This document shows positions 38,425 to 52,021 of a stretch of DNA of 64,000 nt, in pieces (the stretch's first letter is position 1; every line of letters begins with the position of its first letter). The DNA comes from Girardia tigrina (taxonomy: Eukaryota), in assembly GCA_001938485.1 (NCBI GenBank), contig MQRK01215053.1, positions 80,091-144,090 on the forward strand, written 5' to 3'. The notes below the pieces were generated by a model. It did not search any database and was not told the DNA's origin. It saw only the letters and a program-made list of their open reading frames with translations. The translations under genes were made by a program, and so were the position numbers.

Positions 38425-38885
38425 TAATTCCGACTTACGACCACGATTGGTTCCGACAGACCGGTCGTAACACGATTTGGTCGTAAGTTGAGTAGGCTAT
38501 ATGTAAAGTACTGTGCAACTGGTACAACTGGTTTAATATTTGCAAAACATACAAAATTACAAAATACAGGTTTAAAAAATACAATAGGAAACATTTTCCC
38601 ATTGCAAAACATAACATATACAAATATATAGACATGTAGGAAACATTTTATTGGCCGCTGGTGTAGATAAAGACAGGCCTAGACAAAGATAACTTCCTCT
38701 TGGTAGACATCTTGGGAGGGATTTGATGAAAAATATCTAAGACAGATGGGATTACAGTTGAAATGGTACACGCATATATGGTAGTGCTACCGGAACCTGG
38801 TATGCACTGTCGTACTCAGCGGCTAGCGATTGTGGTCGTAAAGTCGAATGGTAAGTTGCATAGGTCGTAAGTCGACGACTACCTG
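38425..38885. mobile_element. pogo/Tigger-like MITE
   Basis: Right end GGTCGTAAGTCGACGACTACCTG-TA; left partial inverted CGACTTACGACC; reiterated GTCGTAA subterminal motifs. Confidence 0.75.
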
Positions 38886-41800
38886 TATTTAAATCGATTT
38901 TTTAAATCTTTTGTATTTAGTTTTCATATTTATAATATAAAATGAAGGTCACTACAACAACCATTTGTGCCAATGCTGAATGTCGTAGTTTACTGCATAT
39001 ACAAAGTTTTCGACACATTCGGAAAGGCTTATTATTTATTATTTTAATATTTTAACATTTTAACAGATATTGAACCCCAATGGAAATATTCTTTTCATTT
39101 GGTTTTATATTAATATGAAATTATTCCTTTGAAATATTATTTTTTCCATCAAGATGCCATGATTTTTATTTTCATTGTCTTATATTTCATTAATGATGTT
39201 GCTATCAGATTTCAAATCATTCGTGTTTAATTCATCTTTGATGTTATAATATCTGTTTTCTGCGATATATAATTCAATAAAATTCTCAAATTTACATTAT
39301 ATTTCATTGTCAAAAACGGATTTCGATTTTTAATAAATGTTTTTTTTTACGAAAAAGATTGAAATTTTTTAAATTTAATATAATTCTAACTTTTACCTAA
39401 TTGCTTTTCCCAAAATAATAAGAAGCAAATAAAAAAACTGTGTTAAAACACGCATCAGTTAAACATTCTTGAAAGAGGTTAAGAAATGCTTGACAAAGCT
39501 TTTTCAAATTATTTATTTTATTTTTTATAAAAAATTATAAGTATATATTAAATGTAATTTTGTGACAAAATATAAAACTTATTCGGAGAACAATTTAATG
39601 ATTATATAATGATTATAAATATATATAATTGATGGATTAAGTTATGTTATTAATATTACCTCGCCAGAAAGTCCCCCAACAATTTTTCAAATTACTGCTC
39701 AGTATTTAAAATTACTTTTTTTACATTAAAACTGCAAACTTCCATATAATCATAAGAACATCATTTTAAAAATATGTAATGATAATATATTTCAATTGTT
39801 TAACTGTCATAATCAGATTCAGAGTTTTTTATTGCTTAAATGTGTGAAATGAGTGCAAATGCAATCTATTAGGAGTAATTGTTTGAAAACTCATAACAAA
39901 TTGGATGGTAAAACCGTTTGAAAAGTGATTAATTAATTACAAGATCTTATTATTAAAGAATCTTCACATAACACTCTCTCCAAATAATTTGTAAAATGCT
40001 TGCACATTTTTAAAGTGAATTTTGAAATCACTTATACTACAGTTACGTTGAATTTTTCTAATGCTCAGTAATATTAGATTTACCTCAATGCAATGTATGT
40101 GGCTTTGCAATCATTACATGTATCCTGACAATGTCTGGACACTAACTCCAAGGAGTAGGTGATTGAAACTATTTTCAACTTTGAGTAACTACGATATCAT
40201 TGTGAAATGTAAAAGATTAGTTGTTACTTCAAGTTCTGACTTTAGATGTTAAAATAATTAAAATCAATCGTAAACCTCAATCGTAGGATAAGAAAGAACT
40301 TGAAGTCTTTTTCTTCCACAAGAAAATTAATTATATCATTACACCGATCATTCTGAATTTTGTTCTCTTTCAACTATTTTGTTTCTAGTTTCATTATTTT
40401 TTTCAGTAAAAAATCTGGAATACCAATTGTTATTCAACAATCTCCTAGACTTCATAAGACTAAAAGAATGAAAACAAGAACGATGAAGCAAGCCTTTGAT
40501 CATATTCATTTTATATCGAGACACAGAAACTGAAATACATTTTAAAATAGTGTTCTTATTGTTATTTTAAAATTTTATTTACAAACTTTTAGGTGTCAAA
40601 TAATATTGATATAATTATTAAATCATATGTTCTACTAAATCCTTTTGAAGAGAGGGCGAGACAACTTGTAGATTCATATCACATTACATCCATTTTAGAA
40701 AGATTTATGCTCAAAATTTAAACTTTTAGTCAAATGATTTGGACATTTTTTACTGAATATACTTTGAATTTAGTTATAAAGTAGGCAAACAAAATAAATC
40801 AAATCGACGGAACAAAATTATGAGATTGAAATAAAAATTAAAGAAAATTAAATCTAAATTAATGGAACTAATATAGAAGACACCTTAATTATATATATTT
40901 ATTTTATGATATACATATATAATTTCTTTTACGAATATTACATTTTAAATAACTATTCCGTCGTTGGAAGACCTTATTAATTTATGTATTAAAATTTTAT
41001 AAATCGTATTTTAAATTCGATTTCCAAACGGAATTCAATGAGAAATTGAAATCTTTTATAATAAATTAAGAAATTGTCGAATATTAGTAATCTAAAGAAT
41101 TTCTTTCGGAACAATAAGACAAATAAAAACATTAAAAAACAATAAAAAATATAGAACTAATTTCAAGTAGTGACCGCTCTGTTTTGTGCATAATAAACAA
41201 ATATTTAGGCGGCTTCGATAATTAAAATTATGAATCAATTGACCGATCTGATGAGGACGAAAGAATGTGAATTCAGAATCACTTACCGACAATTTCCCTC
41301 ATTTTCCTGACAATTTACAAGAATTTTCATGTTTAATTTATAGGTAACTACTAAAACTTGAATACCGTTGTACAAATTGTAAAAGTTGTCTTGTTTCTGC
41401 AATCTCAGAGTATTGTCAACTGTGAACGAACGTTTTATCACATGGCATTTATGCACGGGCGTTTCCGCTCATGATATTTGCTTATATAGACGTTTAGCAT
41501 GTGAGGAAACGTCCGGGAAACTTTTATACACAAAATTGGATTATTAATTATTTATTAGCAAAATATTCACAAGTTATATTGAACTCAGAAGGAGAAACAT
41601 TAATAATTCAATTTTGATCTTACGGATACGTATTACTGTTATTTATGGCGTCTGACAAAGCATACTAAACGTTGCATGACCCTTTTAAGTATGTTAATTT
41701 TAAGTGTTATTTGTTTACTAGGTAGAATAGTTTTTGCAATTAATAATTAAATAAAAATGTTAACTTAAATCAAAAACGAATATTATTGCAAAAATAAAGA

Positions 41801-42469
41801 AAGTTTATAAAACAAAGATTTGAAATTTTATTAAAAAAGAAACTTTAATTTTATTATAAAATTGTAATTAAGTGTTAATTATTTATATGAGGGGTTAATT
41901 TTAAATTTTTATCTTGCCTGAATAGTTTATTATTTTTTAATTTAAAGGGTAAAATATTTTTATATTAATTTGCTTATTAAATATTTTAAAAAATTAAAAA
42001 TTATATAATAAATGAAAATCATAAANNNNNNNNNNNNNNNNNNNNNNNNNNNNNNNNNNNNNNNNNNNNNNNNNNTTTTAAAAAATTAAAAATTATATAA
42101 TAAATGAAAATCATAAAAAAAGTAAAATATTTATTTAAAAATAAAAAAATATCTTTAATGTATCTAAATAATATTAAATATCTTAAAATTAATAATGTCA
42201 AGAAAACAAAAATATTAAATATTTATTTATAAATAAAAATATTTTTAAGCAATTTTAAATATTGATTTTGAAAATAAAGTTTAAATAATTTTTTGAAAAA
42301 ATTTTCGAAATAAATTTTCAGGATTTTAAAAATTAAATCGAAAAGAATTTAATGGATTAATTTGGGTCGAGATAATTAAATTAAATTAACAGGAAAATTT
42401 GTTTTAGAAATGTGAATTGTTATAGTAATAAATTTGATTTTAGGACAACGTGACCTAATTAACAATGCT

Positions 42470-42725
42470 TCACACGACACTCTCCCAATAACTGTCAAAA
42501 TGCTTACACAGAATTTTGAAATTATCAATATTAACATCACATTTACATTTTTTTCCTATGTTCTGCAATATTACTCTTAATCTCTTTTCGACCATGTTCT
42601 TGAATTCGTTTACAGAGATGACGGGTAATCTCTCCAATGTATGTGGCATCGCACCCATTACATTTATATTCATAAACAATATCAGAATAAAGTATTAAAG
42701 ATGTAAAAGATTTATTACTGAGCAT
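42470..42725 (-). mobile_element. Penelope GIY-YIG remnant
   Basis: IVYEYKCNGCDATYIGEITRHLCKRIQEH. Confidence 0.88.
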
Positions 42726-43399
42726 ATTTTGAATTTTTTGAGATTGTCATAATGAGGAGTTAGTTTAAATTAAAGTTTCGCCAAAATAATTTATTATTTT
42801 TTTGATTTGAAAATTTAAAAGAAATAAATTAAAAAATTAAATGTAAGTAAAAATATGATAAATAAATACTTATTTAAAATATGTTTACAGTAATAACAGT
42901 TGATATATTTTGATAACAGTTATGAAATAAGTTTAAATAAATTTTAAATAAATAATTAACGAATCAATATTTAAGAAATAATTTTTTTAACAATGGTCTA
43001 TTGTAAATTTAAATTAATTAGTTTTTATGATAAAGTTTCGTAGAAAAATGTAAAATAATTTAAAGTTTAGACTTTGTAAAATTTTCGATAAAAATATAAA
43101 TATAATCTGAAGTTTAATTTGAAATATGTAAAATAATTTAGAATTTGAATTTTGTAAAATTTTCGTAAAAAATGTAAATATAATTTGAAGTTTATATTTC
43201 GTAACTTTTCAAAATTTAGTCGAAAGAATTTATGAATTAATTTTGGGCGAAATATTTGAATTAATAAGAAATTTGTTTAAGTATGTTGATTGTTGATATT
43301 AATAAATTTTTGTGGTGTTAAATTATGACTTTAGAATGTGATAATAATGAAAGTGGCATAAACGCAACTTACAGTCATATAATTTTCAATTTAATTTAT

Positions 43400-44436
43400 G
43401 GTTAGTTGATTTTAAAAATGCATTCTTTAAAGCAACTTGCAATGATTTAAACTTAAACATTATATCACGTTCTCATAAAATTCAATACATTAAACTATAA
43501 TGCATTTGTCGCAACTATTTCGCATATGATTCCCAAACATTGTTTTGACCATATCAATAGCTGCTGGCAAAGCTTAAGTTTCTCCTTTTGTGTGTGGTTA
43601 TTTACACTTTTCGATTCTGTAAGATTTTAAATATGATGCTAGTAAAGTATTTGATGGAATATCAACTATTTTTTGAACGTTTGGTTTTGTTTAGTTAACT
43701 CATCCAATTTTCATTGGAAAATTCTTGGGGTTTATTAACGTATTTAGAATGTGTTATTTTAAGGTGCCATTTTAATTTTAAATCTGTAAATCTGATCGAT
43801 AAATAGTATGAATCGTATTTTCTAATTTTTGAAGTTCTTCTTTCCTGTTCTTTTTTGCTTATATTGCAGCATCATTATTTTCATTATAAGTGGCTTTCTT
43901 ATAACCAATCAAAAATTTATCCATTTGTCTGAAAATATAACCATTATTAATATTGTCAGTAAGAATACAAATCAGAAATAAAAAATATAATAATTTCAAT
44001 TTTAAAATATACACAAAAAATATCGTTATTTAACCAGCAATAAAACTCTAGAATTTAAGACTTAAATTGACTTCAACTTGTCAGAAACTTAAATTTTAAT
44101 TTTTTGGAAATTTCTTTAGCCATATAATTTATTTTAAAATTTAAAATAAATTAAAAAACATTTATAATAGTTAAATATAATTAAATAAGGATTTTGATAC
44201 AAAAAAGTTTTCAATTGATGATATTTGATATTGTTCTTAAAAAATTAAACTTCTAAATTACTTACTATTTAGTCATTACGCTATTAACAATATTTGTTTT
44301 ATTCTTATTTAGTACTTTATTTATAAACATTTAGCAATCATTTGGAAAATTGCTAGCTGTGGAAAATATTCGCGCCTCCCCTAAGACTAGTCAGCGCCTC
44401 CTTAGAGAGGTGCGCCTCACAGTTTGGAAAACGCTG
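43400..44436 (-). mobile_element. hAT (Charlie/Buster-type) left end with decayed transposase
   Basis: Terminus CAGCGTTTTCCAAACTGTG. Minus-strand remnants MDKFL, RKYDSYYL, ASYLKSYRI...PHTKGE..ALPAAIDMVKTMFG. Confidence 0.8.
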
Positions 44437-44496
44437 TATTAGAGTGACTAGTCGTACATCTTTGTACATAATCTCTGAATTAAATTATTAATCAGT

Positions 44497-44535
44497 GACC
44501 TGAAGATGACGGTTGATCTGTCGAAATATGTTGTC
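44497..44535 (+). ncRNA. Minimal type I hammerhead ribozyme motif
   Basis: GAC-CTGAAGA-T-GACGG ttgat CTGTC-GAA-ATATGT-T-GTC: 3-bp stem I, intact core, 5-bp stem II, ACATGT-like stem III. Confidence 0.7.
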
Positions 44536-45449
44536 TATAAATATATTTTATAAGTACAAATTGTTTTGAAGAACTGCTAAAATGTTTTTGAAATCAATTT
44601 TAAATAAAGTAAAAGTAAAATATGTCACTGTGAAAAAGTATCTGTGTTTTCAATAATAATGCTTTTCCAAAAGACGTTTTCGGTTCTTTGAGTGATAATT
44701 AAATATGAATTAATTTAACACAGGTATCTTTAAAAGAATTCAGAATTCGTAAAACGTTTTTTTCAGAATGGAACTCCAGTAGATTTAGTATGAAAAGTTA
44801 TAATTCAGAGAGAAATGTGAGACTTCCACATTCACATCATTGTTTTATACCTGGGAAAACAAAACACTTTAATCGTATTACCAGTAGCAAAAACAGTTCT
44901 CGTAAAAGCCCCAATCCGTAATTGTGGGAGGCCTTCAGTTATATCTAATTATACTCCAGTTTATCCTGATCAAGTTTTGCGTAAAGACGCATGATAGAAT
45001 AAGATTTACGTTGTCTTTTAACATTTCTAAATGATATTATCATCTGGAAGAATATTAAGAAATTAAATATCTATTTTACTTATATTTTTATACGAATAAA
45101 ATACGTATAATAAAAAAATCGGAAATATACTGTAAAGCTTTTTTTTCCTCAACAACAATACAAATATGATATATTCTATATTTGTGGTTAGTCTTTTTGT
45201 ACTGCACTTACCTTTTAGTTTTGATCTCAAGAAAAAGTTATAATCATTACCCTTTATAAATAGATGATCCACAGTTTCGTATATAATTCATGAAGAAGTA
45301 GGATTTCTACTGAAAAATATACATAAATGTATTGAAATAAAATTCATTATTCTTAATTTAAGATACATTATAAATAATTTTGAAATGATTTTGATTCTTT
45401 TAAAATCGTGATAAATTATTATATTACAAAAGTAAACTGATATATTAAG

Positions 45450-45685
45450 GAAAACTTCAAAGATCAAAAAGATTTTGGATGACTGGTCAGTGCAAAAAGC
45501 AGAGAACTCTAGATAGTACAAATAAGAAGCTCGGTGTAACTAATTTTATCAGTGCATTTATTTTACTTTTGGCAGGAATGTTACTATGTTCTTTGATTTT
45601 ACTATTAGAACATGGTTTTTACAGATATCTTAGATCAAAAATAAGAAAGATAGATAGGTATGGATGTTGCCAGTTGGTCAGTATA
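45450..45685 (+). CDS. Nmdar2: GluN2 exon (end of S2, M4)
   Basis: Phase-1 join gives RYQRF-G-KLQRSKRFWMTGQC, colinear with invertebrate NR2. M4 segment NFISAFILLLAGMLLCSLILLLEH. Donor GTaagg at 45686. Confidence 0.94.
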
Positions 45686-45737
45686 GTAAGGGTTTCTAAT
45701 CTTTTAATCATCTCATTATTTGAAACATTGTTTTCAG

Positions 45738-45973
45738 AGTATGGGGCAAATCGTATCATTTGACCAACCAACAGAAAAATCCAACATTAAAACAAATAAT
45801 AATAATAACAATAATAATAATAATAATAGTAATACAATGAATACATCCTTTACGACAGATTCCTGCAACTCATCACAAAAAAATTTAATTTATGAAAACT
45901 CTGTTTTAAAGGAAAAGGTTCAGAAGCTCGAAGTAGCTTTGAATTATTACAAACAAATGGATGGATTAAAAAA
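45738..45973 (+). CDS. Nmdar2: GluN2 exon (proximal cytoplasmic tail, poly-Asn, coiled coil)
   Basis: Follows a 52-nt intron ending ttttcAG. The join gives GCCQLVSI-SMGQIVSF, resembling the CCxLxSxSMG motif of invertebrate NR2. Donor GTgagc at 45974. Confidence 0.9.
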
Positions 45974-46266
45974 GTGAGCATTTTTAAAAATTACATATTA
46001 ATAATCAAATTAAAATTAAATATTTTTGGTAACAAAAATATTTGTAAATAAATGATGTTAAATGAATTTACAAATATAATTTTTGTAATTCTTATTAGAA
46101 AATGACACAAAACATATTTGTTTGGAACGAGATGATTTTTAATAATAATTTTGTGTTTCATTTCTTATTTTAACATAATAAAATATTTATAAATATTTTT
46201 TTCGGTTATAAATGATATTTAATTTCAATCATTCAAAACCATATTTCAAACTTAAAAATTTAACGG

Positions 46267-46311
<45 letters not shown>

Positions 46312-46749
46312 TATTATATGTTTAATATGAATAAAAATATTAAAATACACTAAACACTATCACTTTCATTCTCGCAGACTAACCATCATCAATTTTCTTT
46401 TAGGGAAAACAATAAATTTACTCTATCTTTCTTAGATTAAAAGGTAACGGAGACATATGATAAAGGTAATTTAAAGCCAACCTAAAACTAATAATTTTGA
46501 TGAAACTTATCCTACTCAATGCAATCCACTCAATTTTTGCCTTCACATCAAACCAAAACAATTTGAAATCTCATTTAAATTTCGTTATTCACAAATATCA
46601 CCGTTAAGACAAACGTATTTTATTTTTATACTTATTATTAACTAAGATTGTTTTTTTCATAGATGATGTTTTGTTTTTGCCTCATATCCAATTTTTTTAA
46701 AGATAGAATTATTGATTTTTTAGATGTATTATAAATGTCTATTTGATAA

Positions 46750-46790
<41 letters not shown>

Positions 46791-46799
46791 GTATAAATA

Positions 46800-46955
46800 T
46801 TATGGTCTTCAGGATATTTTATGGAAAGATGTCTTAGTTTATTTAGAAGATATTTTGATATTTTCAGAAACGAAAGTGAAACATTTAAATAAATATAAAA
46901 GTATTTTAAAAAAAATACAAGAAGTAAAATTGAGAATAAATGCAGAGAAATAAAA
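46800..46955 (+). mobile_element. Ty3/gypsy RT fragment
   Basis: VLVYLEDILIFSET...HL...L..I....LRINAEK (YxDD region). Confidence 0.7.
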
Positions 46956-47418
46956 CTACTTATTTTAAAATTTTTATCTTAAGGGTGAAAAAAAACAAAG
47001 ACGGTTGGAAAACCTATAATTTTAGATGGATCAGGTCGTAATGATCGTGATCAGAGCTTCTCAAAACTTTTACATTGACAAATCATTGATGATTGTCATG
47101 TTTTTTTAAAACATACAATATTTTTAAATTAAATGAAAATATATTTCAAATGTAAAAAATTAATATTATAAAATAAGTTGCTAAATTTTATAAATTGATC
47201 TATAAAAATATTTTACTTCAACATCTACAGATCTAAAATGTAGTCGCGACCAACAGTTAGGAAGCTTTGATTTTAATAATAAAGAAAGTTGCTGAAGTGA
47301 AAGAAAAGGAAAATAAAAAGGCTAATTGTCTTAACAGAATTTAGATTTTCAGTAAGGAAATGTGGTATAGACGAAAAGTTAAAATATACTAAAAGTATAG
47401 GATAAGAATGAAGGACCA

Positions 47419-47469
<51 letters not shown>

Positions 47470-47639
47470 GTTGCTGATTTGTTTAATGAAATAAAAGAGT
47501 TTTTCTTACTTGGAATGAACATTAATCTATGATATATTTTCCATTTTCTTCGTTGACCTTTTGTCATCTCCCTGACAACTTGAAAATTCCAAGCCCCTAA
47601 AAAGTAGGATCCTTTTCGGACAAAAACAGAGTTAAATGA

Positions 47640-48480
47640 AATTTTATTACGTCATCCTGATTAAAGGTTTTACTGCGAAGAAGTTCTTCAGGAATCAAAA
47701 TAAGTGATAATCTGATTGCACGAAATCAGGGCTATATGTTTGGGGTAATATTAATTCTCAACAAATATCCATAACTTTTTTTATCCTAATAGAAATACAA
47801 ATTTAAGAGTGACAAATTCTGGTCGCTTTTTCGTGATTGTTGCATTCTATTTTTATCCTTTCCCAACAATATACCTCCGAATTAATGGCTTGGTTCCTTG
47901 AAAGCAGCTCAAAATGCACCGGACTTATCCAACCACACCAAATAGACAGCAAAATCTTCTTGTGATGGATATTTGCCTTGGAAGGACTTAAAAAGTGTCC
48001 ACCATAATCATTTTCGATTGATATTGTTGTACGTAATAAACAACTCGTCCCCAGAGATGATTAGTTTTAAAAAAGGCATGGAAATCATAGCTTTTAAGCA
48101 ATGAACTGCTATGGTGATGCGACTTATCAGATGAACTTCTTTCAAATCATATGAAACCAAAATATCCAGTTTGTTAACGAAGCCGCTTTAAAAACTTCCC
48201 AATGGCTGTATGCGAAATATTTAACTTTTATGCAATCTCATGTGTAGTTACGGGACGATCCGCTTCGACAATAGTTTTGGATTTCATCCTCATTAAGCTC
48301 AACTGGTTCACCTGAGCGCTGATTATCTTGCAGAGAAAAATCTGCACTACAGAATTTTCTAAATGCATGAACTTTCTTTAAGGGCTTTTTTACCACATAC
48401 TTCAGATAACCTTTGACGGCTAGCACTTTACGGAAATATAAAGCAAAATATGACGAATAAGTTCATTTTTGCATTCCATA
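47640..48480 (-). mobile_element. Degenerate mariner
   Basis: MECKNELIRHIL start, FSLQDNQRSGEPVE, and YSPD remnants. Confidence 0.75.
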
Positions 48481-50192
48481 TTGATTATCGATTGTTATTG
48501 TAATTATTAAAATCTGTAAAAATTACTTTAAGAAAGTATCTACATATTGAGTTCTACTAATCCGAGTTTCGAGATGACGATTTGTCTCTCCGATGTACGA
48601 GAATATGTTATTTTAATGATATGTTTGTATTCTTCAGTATTTTCTTCTTTTAATTGTTTCTTAACTCGTGTATCTGTATAAAATCTGTCTAAAGTTACCC
48701 CAATGTTGTGTTCTATTTGCTTGTTTGTATACATATTGTCCCTCAAGCGCCTTCTAACTTGTACATCGAAGAGACAAATCGTCATCTCAAAACTCGGATG
48801 AACAAACCTTCAAAAATATTTATAATTATAACATTTTTTTATGATTCTTGCTTTTTATAACAACAAATTGCTAAAATTTCTTTTAATTTCATAAAACAAT
48901 TTTATATAATTCTGCTCTAATACACAATTTAATTTAATTTTTAACACTTCCTACAAATCTACTGTAAATTACCTGTGTTAGAAAAATATTTTTTAATAAA
49001 AGCAAAAGTAATTTATACGTTATATTTTGTTATAAAAATAAAAATAATGAAAAAATAATTATTAAAAAAAATTATTTTAATGAGAACTTTGCCTGGTAAA
49101 ACGTCATATTTTTTAAGTTAGATTTATATTTTTTATAAATTATTTATATATACTTTTATTGAGTACAAAATAAAAAATTAAAAAGAAATACATTTATACA
49201 TTATTTTTATATTTTATAAAAACATTTGTAAAAATTTTTAAATATATAAATGTCTGAACATACATTCTTTAAATATATTTTAATGCTTTCTAAAGTTACC
49301 TTCTGCTAAGTTTGATACAAAAGAATATGCAAAAATATTATATATTTATTTAGAAATATAGAACATTCAATTTAAGTTTGAAATGATTTTTGAATTATAT
49401 ATTAAGTTTTCGCTTTTATTTGTAGACTTTTTCAATTGTTTTGATATTTGTAAACATTAGTTTTTATCAAAAGTATAATAAATTATTATTAATTTATTAT
49501 TTATATTATTAGTTACTATTTTTTTTACTTATTTGGGTGTAAATATTAATAAATATTAATTATAGTATAAAAATGATTTTTTAGTTTAAAAAAATAATTA
49601 GTAATTAAATATTCGAAAACTTAGGAAATTTACTGATGAGTTACTTCTCTATTTTTTAATGAGAAGTAAGAATCGTTGATCCTTAGGAGACACATTCTAA
49701 ACTAATCCTAAAGCACATGCAAAAATAAATATCTCCCTCACAAATTCATTCCTTGAATCTCTGTGCATCAAACGAATTCTCAAAATTAAAACTCAAAGCA
49801 TCCATCTTTTTTTATTTTGCTTTTTTTTATATTTTGCATTTTTTCGATAAATATTATTCGTTTATTATCTGTTTTATATATTTGTAAATTAATAAAACCA
49901 AACATTTAAGAAATTAAATATATAAATTATTCTTAGGTCTATTGAAGTTATTATAAATAAATCCCACCTAAAAAAAGTGAAATAAAAAATTATTTGTAAA
50001 TCGTGCAACTTTTACAATAATGAATTTTTAGGACACAAAATTTGAACCTTATGGCGGTCAAAGCTATCACGATGGTTTTTTATAACTCTAAAGTTTATAA
50101 CTTTATTATATAACAAAACTTTTACCAATATTTGAGATTTATAGAAAGTGTTACAAAAATGACAGTAATTTAGTAAAGACGAATAATTTAGT

Positions 50193-50500
50193 TTGACGAA
50201 TCCAGGCTCTGGAGTATCGCAAGTCAAATGTGGTGAGAAGATAATAGAATGGGTGAAAGAATTCTGTTATCTCGGAAGTTTATTGACCACTAGGGGTAAC
50301 AACAACCGGGATATTAGTCAACGAATACGTAATGGAATGCGGAAACTTAAAGAATTGCAACCTGCAATGCAGAGTAACCGCGTCCCACTAGTATTGAAGA
50401 GAAAACTGATTCAGACTAGCACTTTCCCTGTGGTATATTTAAAGAAGACCAAACTTGACAGGATCCCGAATAAGGACATGACTGCTAATATAAAATTTGT
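50193..50500 (+). mobile_element. RTE-like LINE internal fragment
   Basis: IEWVKEFCYLGS...DISQRI; similar to the 5570-5760 region. Confidence 0.8.
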
Positions 50501-52021
50501 AACAATTTTCAAATGGTTTAAATGATGTTGGAAAGTTAGAAAAAAACTAAAATGAATTGAGAAAGTGGAACTTGTTGCACTGAATCGATAAAAATTGAGA
50601 AACTATTTGTTCATTTTAAGAGAATTAAAAGAAAACAACAAATATTTAAGATTTGTTTCACAAAGATTATCAGATAGATTAAAAACAAAGGAGGTTCAAC
50701 ATTCAAAAGAAGTCATTTAAGAAAACAGAAATTATTTAAACTTTGTGATATAGGATGTTTGCAGTACGATTTGGAAACAAAATGCTGAAATGATGTCTGA
50801 AAGTAAGGGTATATTTAGCGTTTATGGAGAGATGTCACTTTTCAGGTGATAATGTTTTTGAACGACCATGTTGGTGGAAAGTAAACTTCTAGTTTATTGA
50901 ATAAAACGTTATATTCATATAACTCGCTACATCATTTAATTTATTATTTAGCCTTTCGTCGATTTGAAGAGACAATAGATTTAATAAGTTCAAGTATGAT
51001 ACCGTTTTATGGTGGCATTTCACCATAAATAGTTAAGTTCTTTAAATTTGTTTTGCGATTTTTACAGATAAGAAGTAAAAAATGTAGATGATGATTTATG
51101 GTCACTTTCTAAAATTTTTGTCTTTGATAGGTCCTGGTGTGACTTTTAGCATTTTCATGCGAGTGATATTGATTACGCATTTTATTTTTCCTTATTACAT
51201 TTTGTTGTACAAAATTTGTGTAGTACTTACTGTAAGGTCTAAATATCCATGGAATTATACAACCTACACACCAAAAACGTAAACTATCACGGTCTTTTGG
51301 ATCATACCTATGCTTGCACCTTTTCAACTGGTCATTTCGTACAGTATCCACTCTTGAGCTTTTTTTCTGTGATTCAGAGATGCTTATAGAGAGTGAAGCT
51401 GGATTTATTATTTTGATGCTGTTCAAAAGACGCTTTTCAATGTTTCAAATGTTCCAGTTTTCTCTATGATATTAAAATCGACTACATTTTATTGCATAAG
51501 TTTGAATACGAGATACAAACACAATTATATAGTTATGGTTCTTTGTTCTTTTATTATCTTTCTTTCTAAAATTCTCCTTTTTTTCGCTGATAAACAGTCT
51601 CTCCTACTTTTCCAGATCACTCGCTGTGATTTCTTTAGCTTTCAATAAATAGAATTTTATTCCATCTGAAATTCGTTTTTGACTTTTTCCTTTCAAATAC
51701 AAAGGCGAATGACAGTTCGATATTGCGCACTTTTCAATTTCTTTTCAAAATTAATGCAATAAAATTATTATCAAACAATATTTATATATTATTTTTTACT
51801 TTTTTTAAAATATGTTAAAATTATCATTTGGCTTTTTATATTAGGCTCATTACTTAATGGAGACATAATTTATGTTTGTATTAATTTATTATAAATAAGC
51901 CTCCCCCGACTGAACGCATAACTGTGTATTGTAGAGACTACAGTAACAACATTGGCTTACAGGGTAGTTAGTCAAAGGCTCTGTATAGAGTAGAAACCCG
52001 AAATAGACATTACAGAGCCTA

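Noticed and set aside
41240-41285. CTGATGAGGACGAAA hammerhead-like core on the + strand
   Set aside because: Stem II is only 1 bp, and there is no correctly placed U-H cleavage site closing stems III and I.
41287-41302. MREIV as a beta-tubulin gene
   Set aside because: The next residues are not HxQxGQCG, and no tubulin exons were found downstream.
42000-42120. Direct repeat flanking the small N gap
   Set aside because: Probably a contig-overlap assembly artefact.
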